From the IMG/VR virus record IMGVR_UViG_3300020576_005736: a stretch of DNA of 64,000 nt; one strand, written 5' to 3'. The notes under the pieces are model-generated. The model had not been told where the DNA came from. It was given only the letters and a program-made list of their open reading frames with translations, and searched no databases. Position numbers and translations under genes: made by a program. This DNA is from an uncultured virus (IMG/VR IMGVR_UViG_3300020576_005736). Lineage: Duplodnaviria > Heunggongvirae > Uroviricota > Caudoviricetes. This document shows, in pieces, positions 56,272-64,000 of the stretch (within the stretch, counting starts at the first letter, position 1; each line of letters begins with the position of its first letter).

Positions 56272-56799
56272 GTGAGCGATTCAGGTACATTTATCGAGAG
56301 CGCGAAGGGAGGACCAGGTGGCTGGGGTCCCGAGCGGCTCTCCAAGATTCCTGAGTACAAGCTCCAGATCGTGGAGCTTATCGCCTCTGGTCTGTTCGTC
56401 TCCGAGATCTGCCAGCAGATCGGTATCACCCCACCCACGGTCCGCAAGTGGCGAGCCGAGGACAAAGAGTTCGACGAAGCCTACACTGACGCAGAGGCTC
56501 AGGTCACTGACACTCTGGAGAAGGAGGCGATCCGTCGAGCTCGGAACGGTGTCCTCGAGCCTGTGGTCTCTGGTGGCAAGGTCGTCATGGACCCAGCCAA
56601 TCCAGGAGAGGTACTCCAGGTTCGTCGCTACAGCGACGGACTTATGCAGTTCCTTCTCAAGGGTCGTCGTCGCGACGTCTACGGAGACAAGCGCGAGGTC
56701 GAGGCGAAGGTCGGTATCGATGTCGTCGGAGCCAAGTCCTCTCTGGAGGCCAAGTTCGCGGCTGCCGCAGCCGCTATAAGCGAAGGATCCGGAGAATGA
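56272..56799 (+). CDS. terS: terminase small subunit
   Basis: HTH N-terminus; LEKEAIRRA..G, RYSD.L..FLLK motifs; upstream of terL. Confidence 0.8.
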   Translation: MSDSGTFIESAKGGPGGWGPERLSKIPEYKLQIVELIASGLFVSEICQQIGITPPTVRKWRAEDKEFDEAYTDAEAQVTDTLEKEAIRRARNGVLEPVVSGGKVVMDPANPGEVLQVRRYSDGLMQFLLKGRRRDVYGDKREVEAKVGIDVVGAKSSLEAKFAAAAAAISEGSGE

Positions 56800-56993
56800 C
56801 CACTGCTGTCACTGTTGACGCTCATGCAGGCTGGCCTGTGCGAGTCACCCTCATCGATCAGTCGCCGGACGGAATGACTCAGTCTGAGTCTGTGCAGATC
56901 GTCGCCGCGAACACGAAGCAGGCCTTCTATGTCTGGAATGGTCGGGACATCAAGGTCCACGAGCTTCAGCCCGGAGAAGTCTCCGAAGAGTAA
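56796..56993 (+). CDS. hypothetical protein
   Basis: MTT.VTVDAHAGWPV.V motif; ATGA overlap. Confidence 0.55.
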   Translation: MTTAVTVDAHAGWPVRVTLIDQSPDGMTQSESVQIVAANTKQAFYVWNGRDIKVHELQPGEVSEE

Positions 56994-57008
56994 TCACTGA
57001 GGACAGTC

Positions 57009-58382
57009 ATGCTCACAGCAGCCACGCTTCGCAAACTCCCGGCTGCTGCGCGTAGCGACTTCTTCTCGTCTCTATCGGACGAGGAGGCTGCTGTCCTCAT
57101 GTTCGACTGGAACTTCTGGGCTCGACACGACCAGAAGATGCCCGATGCTCTCCTGGACACGTCCAGTCCTATCGTTACATGGCTCGCTCTGGCTGGTCGC
57201 GGCTGGGGCAAGACACGTGTTGGCTCTCAGGCTCTCATTGACGAGGTCTACCATGCCAGAGCTGGACGCATTGCTCTTATTGCAGAGACTGCAGCTGACG
57301 CTCGCGACGTCATTGTGGAGGGCGACTCTGGCATTCTGGCTTGCTCACCTCCCTGGTTCCGACCAGCGTACGAGCCGTCCAAGCGACGACTCACCTGGCC
57401 GAACGGAGCTTTGGCCTTCACGTTCAACGCTGTAGAGCCAGACCAGCTTCGCGGTCCGCAGTTCGACTTTGCCTGGGGAGACGAGCTTGCTAAGTGGCGC
57501 TATGCTCAGGAGACTTTTGATAATCTCCAGTTTGGTCTTCGTCTTGGGCGTCGTCCTCGACAGATCTTCACGACCACTCCTCGACCGATCAAGATCGTCA
57601 GAGAGATGGTCAACGACCCCACAGTATTTGTCACGCGTGGGCGCACACTCGACAATGCGGACAACCTGGCAGCGAGCTTCCTTGCTCAGGTGAAGCGCAA
57701 GTACGAGGGGACACGTCTCGGCCGACAAGAGCTCGAGGCAGAGATCCTTCTCGACACTCCAGGTGCTCTGTGGACGAGGTCTATGCTAGAGGCTGCGTAC
57801 CTGAAGCCTCTGGAGACTGAGGTGTTTCCAGCACACATGTTTTCTCGAATAGTGGTTGCCATCGATCCGGCAGTCTCCAACGAGGAGGGGTCGGACGAGA
57901 CGGGCATTGTTGTTGCAGGTATTCGTGCTAGCGACGATCATGTAGTCGTGATCGACGACCAGAGCGGAAGATACTCCCCAACAGAGTGGGCTCAGAAGGC
58001 TGTCTTCCTGTTCAGGAAGTTCTCTGCAGACCGAATCGTGGCAGAGGTGAATCAGGGCGGTGACATGGTTGAGACGACCATTCGCATGATCGACCCGAAC
58101 GCTCCATACAAGAGCGTCCATGCCAGTAAGGGCAAGGTCACTAGAGCAGAGCCTGTCTCTGCTCTGTACGAGAAGGGATGGGTCCATCACATGGGGTCAT
58201 TTCCTATTCTAGAGGACCAGATGTCCCAGTTTGCCAGAGACTTCGACAAGAAGATCATGGGGTTCTCGCCTGACAGGGTTGATGCTCTGGTCTGGGCGAT
58301 CACTGAGCTGAAGATCGACATAGGCGACGGAACTGCCATCATCGACTTCTATCGGAAGCAGACTGAGGGAAAAGAGATATGA
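57009..58382 (+). CDS. terL: terminase large subunit
   Basis: AGRGWGKT, LRGPQF...DELAKW, TTTP, VAIDPA, E.NQGG, SPDRVDALVWA. Confidence 0.95.
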   Translation: MLTAATLRKLPAAARSDFFSSLSDEEAAVLMFDWNFWARHDQKMPDALLDTSSPIVTWLALAGRGWGKTRVGSQALIDEVYHARAGRIALIAETAADARDVIVEGDSGILACSPPWFRPAYEPSKRRLTWPNGALAFTFNAVEPDQLRGPQFDFAWGDELAKWRYAQETFDNLQFGLRLGRRPRQIFTTTPRPIKIVREMVNDPTVFVTRGRTLDNADNLAASFLAQVKRKYEGTRLGRQELEAEILLDTPGALWTRSMLEAAYLKPLETEVFPAHMFSRIVVAIDPAVSNEEGSDETGIVVAGIRASDDHVVVIDDQSGRYSPTEWAQKAVFLFRKFSADRIVAEVNQGGDMVETTIRMIDPNAPYKSVHASKGKVTRAEPVSALYEKGWVHHMGSFPILEDQMSQFARDFDKKIMGFSPDRVDALVWAITELKIDIGDGTAIIDFYRKQTEGKEI

Positions 58383-58987
58383 CTCTTCCTGTCTTTCCGA
58401 CTCTGACGGGAGTAGACTGGGACATTGAGCGGAAGATACTGTGGGCGACTAACAGGTACGTGTCCGTGTCTGGCCTCAGAACAAGCAGCCCGCTCAGGAC
58501 TCTTCCAACAAGATCTTGGAAGATCCGGATCTCTCTCCTCAGGTCTGGAGTCTTTCAAGGACAGACACTGACTGAGATGGAAAGTCTTGCTGGGCTGTAC
58601 AACACATGCTGTGGTGCAGCATATCCCTTCTCGTACAGAGACGATACTGACAGCACTGCTGTGGCACAGGTGTTCGGGACAGGTACTGGGTCTGCTAAGA
58701 CGTTCCAGCTCTGTCGATCTGTCGGGGGATTTGTCGAGCCAGTGTACCTTCCTGGATCCCCGATCTCTGTCTATAAGAACGGAGTGGTACAGTCCCCATC
58801 CTCGTACTCTGTCGGACCCACGGGCCTGGTGACGTTCAATACTGCTCCTGCATCAGGGGTCGTCCTGACCTGGTCTGGATCGTACAGCTGGCTGTGTCGG
58901 TTCGATGAGGACAGTCTTGAGACTGTCCAGACGATGCCAGGTAGGTTCTCCGTCTCTTCTCTCTCGTTCACATCGGAGCTGTTATGA
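58379..58987 (+). CDS. DUF2460-like distal tail protein
   Basis: FGTGTG..KTFQL, VTF.TAPASGVVLTW.G, CRFDED. Confidence 0.75.
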   Translation: MTLPVFPTLTGVDWDIERKILWATNRYVSVSGLRTSSPLRTLPTRSWKIRISLLRSGVFQGQTLTEMESLAGLYNTCCGAAYPFSYRDDTDSTAVAQVFGTGTGSAKTFQLCRSVGGFVEPVYLPGSPISVYKNGVVQSPSSYSVGPTGLVTFNTAPASGVVLTWSGSYSWLCRFDEDSLETVQTMPGRFSVSSLSFTSELL

Positions 58988-59988
58988 AGTCGTGCACTCC
59001 TGCTCTGGCCGCACTGTTGGACAGCGGGATGTACCTGGACGGAACGTCACTTCCTGATACGTTCGTCCCGTTTGATCTCTACACAATAACACTGACTTCA
59101 GGAGTGGTGCAGACACTTACCACGGCCAACGTACCCATCTACGCCCCAAGCACTGACATCTTTTCGGCGCCAAGTGTGTTTACCCCTGAGGCTGACGTGT
59201 GGTTCTCCGGAATGACGTGGCTTCCGAGCGTGATCGATGCCGGAGGAACCAGGTCTACTGGTCGGTGGAGAGTAGGTCTGGACACAGACACATGGACGAT
59301 ACATCTGTCGCCGAGGAAGACGCATCCTGTCACTGGCGCTGCGGATCCGGATACTGTGGCGGGCATTCCCTGGGCCACAGCTGCCAGAACAGGCATGCTC
59401 GACCACGCAGACGTCATCGTGTCGCGAGCATACTTCAGCTCGCTTCCGACGTATCCTGTACCGGATCCTGGTGCTGTTCCTGTTGGTACTCTGACGCTAT
59501 TCCGTGGTACTATCGGAGACATGGAGATCACTGACTCCAGCATCACCATTGTCGTCTCAGACTACAAGTCTGTCTTCGACCAGCTGGTTCCTCGAAATGT
59601 GTATCAGTCGGGGTGTCCCCACCAGCTGTACGACAGTCACTGTGGTCTCTCGTCGTCAGCATTTGCAGTCTCTGGAACGGTGGCGGCGGGCTCCACGCGG
59701 TCCAAGATCCGAGGAACTGTGTCGTCTCCGAGCGGGTCTGGATCATGGGTCCTCGGAAGGATGAAGATTACGTCAGGGCCGAACGCAGGTATCAGCAGAC
59801 TGATAACTGCCTGGAGTGCAACACCTGGGTTTACACTGATGACACCGTTCCCGTACTCGGTGACACCGGGAGAGACGTTCATGGTCTATCCAGGGTGTAA
59901 CAAGACCCTGGCAGCGTGCACTCTGTTCAATAACACCGTGAACTTTGGGGGTAATCCGTTCATTCCAATCCCGGAGGTGTCACTGTGA
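58984..59988 (+). CDS. DUF2163/BR0599-like tail hub protein
   Basis: C.HQLYD..CGL, GPNAG..R, YPGCNKT...C..FNN..NFGG.PFIP. Confidence 0.85.
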   Translation: MKSCTPALAALLDSGMYLDGTSLPDTFVPFDLYTITLTSGVVQTLTTANVPIYAPSTDIFSAPSVFTPEADVWFSGMTWLPSVIDAGGTRSTGRWRVGLDTDTWTIHLSPRKTHPVTGAADPDTVAGIPWATAARTGMLDHADVIVSRAYFSSLPTYPVPDPGAVPVGTLTLFRGTIGDMEITDSSITIVVSDYKSVFDQLVPRNVYQSGCPHQLYDSHCGLSSSAFAVSGTVAAGSTRSKIRGTVSSPSGSGSWVLGRMKITSGPNAGISRLITAWSATPGFTLMTPFPYSVTPGETFMVYPGCNKTLAACTLFNNTVNFGGNPFIPIPEVSL

Positions 59989-60416
59989 CAACCGTCTCTC
60001 GCCAGACAATTCTCGACGAGGCACAGTCATGGCTAGGGACACCGTTCCATGACTGTGCCTCGGAGAAGGGCGTGGGTGTTGACTGCGCAATGCTGCTGAA
60101 GAAGGTCTTTGAGAACTCCGGGGCTGTAGAGTTGTTCGATGCCGGAATCTACTCTCCACAGTGGTTCCTGCATCGGGATCAAGAACTCTTCATGGACACT
60201 GTTCGTAGATACGCACGGGAAGTCTCAGAGGACGAGGTTCTGCCTGGCGACATTGTTCTGTACAAGATTGGAAGATGCTACGCTCACGGTGCAATCGTTG
60301 AGTCCTGGCCGCATAGCATAATCCACGCACACAAGGCATCTGGTAGAGTTATCAGGACTACTGCTGATGACTCTGATATGCGCGGGCGACTTCGGAAATT
60401 CTTCACACTGTGGTGA
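59985..60416 (+). CDS. NlpC/P60 tail peptidase
   Basis: EAQSWLGTPFH...GVDC, PGD, HGAI, IIHA. Confidence 0.9.
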   Translation: MTTVSRQTILDEAQSWLGTPFHDCASEKGVGVDCAMLLKKVFENSGAVELFDAGIYSPQWFLHRDQELFMDTVRRYAREVSEDEVLPGDIVLYKIGRCYAHGAIVESWPHSIIHAHKASGRVIRTTADDSDMRGRLRKFFTLW

Positions 60417-60420
60417 CTTC

Positions 60421-63400
60421 ATGGGCGGATTCTTTAGCACTGGAAAGAGGGTCAATAATCAGACCCCAGTTGCAACGAGCCTGCGCGCACAGACCTCTGT
60501 CCAAGGACGGGCGAAGACGATCGGGTGGGGGCAAAACCGAATTGCCGGTAACGTTGTGTGGACGGGCGACTTCCGAGCCATCAAGCAGTCGTCTGGTGGT
60601 AAGGGAGGCGGAATCGGCGGTAAGGGTCAGCCTGGATCGTACACGTACCGGTCTTCGTGCATCATCTCGCTTGGTAATGGTCCTATCGACAGTGTTCGTA
60701 CGCTCTTCAATGGAACAGCTGTAGACTTCTTCTATCCCCCGGATGCCTCGGTTCTGGAGGACCTCAAGAAGCTAAATATCAAGCCGAAGTACAATGATCC
60801 TGCGTATCCTGCGACGTTTCTTCTGGGAACGCAGGTACAGACTTCGTGGCCATATCTCTCGACAACGCATGCAACAGAGGCTCTTGCCTATCGTGGAGAG
60901 GTACTTGCCTGCTTCGCGAACTTGAACCTTAACAGCTCTCCGTCCATTCCGAACCTCACGTTCGAGGTGCGATGGGGACTGAACTCATCTGCAGGGAGCC
61001 CTGCTGCTGACGTCAACCCTGCCGATGTCATTGTGGATCTGATTGGGAACGATGTCTATGGTCTGAATGGGTTTCCTAGCGCTCTTCTCGACTCTCTTGG
61101 TTCCTTTCGACTGTACTGTCGTGCACTGGGGTTGTTCGTTAGCCCCGTTCTCAACAGCCAGGTGGCTGCGTCCAGCTTCTTAATGGATCTGACAAAGAGC
61201 TTGTGCGCTGAGTTCCGCTGGAGTTCGGGGAAGCTCGCGATAGTCCCGTATGTAGACTACACTGTTACCGGTAACGGAGTGACCTTTACTCCGGACACGA
61301 CAGCTCAGTATGTAATCTCTGAGGATGCTCTCATTCCGATCGATGGGGACGGTGGTGCATCTGTAAAGCTGATTGTTAAGAGGGCTGCGCCCTCGAAGAA
61401 GGTGAACAAGGTTCAACTGGAGTATCTCGATCGCTCAAATCTCTATAATCCTGCGACCATCTACGCTGTGGATGAGGCTGGGGTGATCGATGCGGGGAGT
61501 GTTCGTCTTAGCGATCTTCGCAGTAATCATCACTTTTGCATGGAGTCTGCTGCGTCTGCTGCGTGTGGTCTTCAGCTGGAGAGAGAGCAACATACCACCC
61601 GGTTCACGTTCTGCCTACCAGGTAAGTTCGTGCGTCTCGACCCTATGGATATCGTCACGCTCAGCCTCCAAGACACTAGTCTTGGGCTCGTGAACGTCTC
61701 TGTTCGGATTCTTGAGATTACGGAGACGGACCAGCGTACTTTGATGTGTGTAGCGGAGGAATTCCTCGGTGTAGCTACTCCATCCAGTCGGGTTCATCAG
61801 CGTAGCAGTGGTGACGCCTCTAACTCAAACGTGGATCCAGGAGAGATCAATCCTCCGTTCGTGTTCGAGCCTCCGTGGAAACTTGCTGGTAGCCTGGAGA
61901 TCTGGGTTGCTGTCTCAGGCGCGGACATTGCGAACTGGGGTGGATGCCATGTGTGGGTGTCCTTTGACGGAGTTTCGTACTCACGTGCAGGCTCGATTGA
62001 AGAGCCAGCCCGGACGGGCGCACTCGTGCAGTCTCTCGCCACCATCGCAGTATCCGGGGACAACCCAACACTTGACAACACTCACACACTTCGAGTGTCA
62101 ACAGCTGAGAGTGGTGGAGAGTTGTTCTCTGGATCGTCGCAGGATGCTGGCGTTGGTAACACTTTGCTTCTCGTTGGTAATGAATATCTCTCCTACACAA
62201 CAGCCACGCTCGTGGCACCATCTGTGTACGATCTGACAGGTCTCGTGCGAGGTCTGCACGGCACTACAAGCACTGTCTCGGCCCATGCTGTGGGTACTCG
62301 CTTCGTTCGTGTTGATGACACTGTGTTAAAGATTCCGTACACAGCGGCCCAGATTGGGTCGTCAGTGTACGTCAAGATGACGTCATTCAACATCTTCGGT
62401 ACGTCCGATGTATCTCTCGCTGATGTTGATCCGGTCACTATCACTCTGGCCGGGACGAGCAGAACTCCGGCTACCCTCAGCGCTCTTGGGATCGAGAGCG
62501 AGATTGATGCTGCGATCTCGGATGCGATTGTTGCTGAACTCGTGCCAATCTCGGCTGCGATTGAGGTGAACGCTGACGCTAACCGAGTGGCTCATGCAGC
62601 GGATGACGAGCTCCGTCGTATGATCGTTGTCGGCTCTGAGGACGTGCACCTAAACAGTGCAGCTGGCCACATGGTGGCTCAACAGCTCGCTGCCGACGCT
62701 CTTGGAGCTGCTGACAGAGCAGCTGCAGCCGTAGAACGGACGCAACAGATTGTCTCCGATGCGAGTGAGCAGGCTGCATCTGACCGCCTTGTAGTGGCTG
62801 CTAAGATTGACGACAGCTTTGCAGCTGTCGCTCAGGTGGAGATCGCATCCGTCAATCGCGACAGGTCTATTGCGGGAACCATCGATCAGACAGTTGCCAC
62901 TATCAACGGAGAAACTGGCACTCTGGACGCGGCTGTGGCCAGCATGGAGGCTCGCCGTGCCGGAGAGGCTGCGTCGGCGCTGGCCGCGCAAGCTCTTGCG
63001 GGAGTGGACAAGTCAAGTGTTGCTCTTGCTGAATTGGATAGATCGCTCGCATCGGATCGGAGTGTCTGGATCGCTCGCATCGGGGAGGCTGAGTCTGCCA
63101 TCGAGCGACAGACGCAAGTGATGACTGAAGCCGACCAAGCTCTGGCTCAGGACATCCTTACTCTATCAGGAACTGTGTCGACAGACCTCGCGACAGTTGA
63201 CGGTCGTATCGACACTCTAGATCAGGTGCTTGCTACAGAGCAGGCTGTATCAGCAAGTCGCTCGGACACGCTGACATCAGGTATTGCTTCTGGTGAGCAG
63301 GATGCCGCCCTGATTGCGGCCCTTGCCCATTTTGCTGCAGGGGAGCAGATAGGTCAGCTATCCCAGACAGTGAATATCACTCTGTCCGGTATCAAGAGGT

Positions 63401-64000
63401 CTGAGTCGACTGTTAGTGACCTTACAAGGTCAGTTGCGGATATCTCTGACGTCATGACAGCCCGCTTTGGTATAATCAGCGCGGACTACACAAGTTTGGT
63501 GCAGGCACAGGCGTCAGCACTCGGGGCGCTGACGGCGTCGGTCGTCGGCATTTCGGCCACGTCGTCGGCCGGCACGGCGGGCGGGCGCATTCAATTCGTC
63601 ACGTCGTCGTCGCCCGGCTCCGGCGTGCAAGCGGCTTATGAATTGCAGGTCAGCGGCACGGTCGGCGGTGCATTCAATGCGGCCGGACTGCGCGTGCAAT
63701 ACAACACGGACGGGTCGACGGCGATTGTGCTGTCAGCCGACAGGTTTTTTGTCGAGGCCGGCGCGTCGCGCCGGACGGTGTTCGTCGCCAATAGCGACGG
63801 GTTCACCCTCGCCGGCGTGACGCGGTTCGAGTCGACCGTGCGCTCGATCGCGACGAATGCAGACGGCTCGCCTAAGTGGCAGATCAAGCCGACGGGCGAG
63901 ATCATCGCGACTGACGCCATGATCTCGGGCATCATCAAGGGCGCGACGCTGGACGTGGGCGAGGCGCTGCGCTTTGGCGACGGCGCCCGTCTGCGCAACG
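60421..64000 (+). CDS. tail tip / central tail fibre protein (3'-truncated by window)
   Basis: Frame +1 from ATG 60421 (MGGFFSTG...WGQNRIAGNVVW.GDF...AYRG...IPNLTFEV...NPAD...RGLHGT) appears open to the window end; coiled-coil region near 62.5-63.5 kb. Confidence 0.8.
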   Translation, partial: MGGFFSTGKRVNNQTPVATSLRAQTSVQGRAKTIGWGQNRIAGNVVWTGDFRAIKQSSGGKGGGIGGKGQPGSYTYRSSCIISLGNGPIDSVRTLFNGTAVDFFYPPDASVLEDLKKLNIKPKYNDPAYPATFLLGTQVQTSWPYLSTTHATEALAYRGEVLACFANLNLNSSPSIPNLTFEVRWGLNSSAGSPAADVNPADVIVDLIGNDVYGLNGFPSALLDSLGSFRLYCRALGLFVSPVLNSQVAASSFLMDLTKSLCAEFRWSSGKLAIVPYVDYTVTGNGVTFTPDTTAQYVISEDALIPIDGDGGASVKLIVKRAAPSKKVNKVQLEYLDRSNLYNPATIYAVDEAGVIDAGSVRLSDLRSNHHFCMESAASAACGLQLEREQHTTRFTFCLPGKFVRLDPMDIVTLSLQDTSLGLVNVSVRILEITETDQRTLMCVAEEFLGVATPSSRVHQRSSGDASNSNVDPGEINPPFVFEPPWKLAGSLEIWVAVSGADIANWGGCHVWVSFDGVSYSRAGSIEEPARTGALVQSLATIAVSGDNPTLDNTHTLRVSTAESGGELFSGSSQDAGVGNTLLLVGNEYLSYTTATLVAPSVYDLTGLVRGLHGTTSTVSAHAVGTRFVRVDDTVLKIPYTAAQIGSSVYVKMTSFNIFGTSDVSLADVDPVTITLAGTSRTPATLSALGIESEIDAAISDAIVAELVPISAAIEVNADANRVAHAADDELRRMIVVGSEDVHLNSAAGHMVAQQLAADALGAADRAAAAVERTQQIVSDASEQAASDRLVVAAKIDDSFAAVAQVEIASVNRDRSIAGTIDQTVATINGETGTLDAAVASMEARRAGEAASALAAQALAGVDKSSVALAELDRSLASDRSVWIARIGEAESAIERQTQVMTEADQALAQDILTLSGTVSTDLATVDGRIDTLDQVLATEQAVSASRSDTLTSGIASGEQDAALIAALAHFAAGEQIGQLSQTVNITLSGIKRSESTVSDLTRSVADISDVMTARFGIISADYTSLVQAQASALGALTASVVGISATSSAGTAGGRIQFVTSSSPGSGVQAAYELQVSGTVGGAFNAAGLRVQYNTDGSTAIVLSADRFFVEAGASRRTVFVANSDGFTLAGVTRFESTVRSIATNADGSPKWQIKPTGEIIATDAMISGIIKGATLDVGEALRFGDGARLRN

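Noticed and set aside
1..64000. Lysogeny module or alternative genetic code
   Set aside because: No integrase or repressor recognised; genes read intact in code 11 with all three stop codons used

Overview
This window is almost the whole genome of a lytic, siphovirus-like tailed phage, probably circularly permuted: the tail-tip ORF runs off the right end and a Gly-rich tail ORF enters at the left end. The host is probably an alphaproteobacterium, judging by the GTA-like DUF2460/DUF2163/NlpC tail tip and the GC-rich tail-fibre/lysis block. Modules: tail fibre and lysis (1-6050); head and tail (6083-20770); SNF2 helicase; replication plus a 5-hydroxymethyluracil (hmdU) thymidine-hypermodification cluster with 3 tRNAs (23016-42795); a leftward early region (42792-54299); terminase and tail tip (55449-64000). 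The main discovery is a sequence-encoded 'modification code'. The dinucleotides TG/TC (CA/GA on the other strand), the likely hypermodification target, are abundant in the bulk genome but almost absent from a ~650 bp island at 53941-54592. That island holds a promoter, a GA-free RBS and a gene recoded to avoid them; the next small gene avoids them only on its template strand. Seven promoters use TTTAC(N) instead of TTGACA. A six-copy dispersed repeat places TG/TC clusters at ~10-11 bp helical phase between TG/TC-free arms. The island gene is one of five paralogues of an uncharacterised 'NPKKPGS...RF..Y...D..KGYI' domain. Also found: a type II hammerhead ribozyme, two diverged inverted ~300 bp elements half a genome apart, and paralogous cargo inserts in the portal and prohead protease. 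All family calls come from motifs recognised by eye, and all counts were made by eye; no searches were run.
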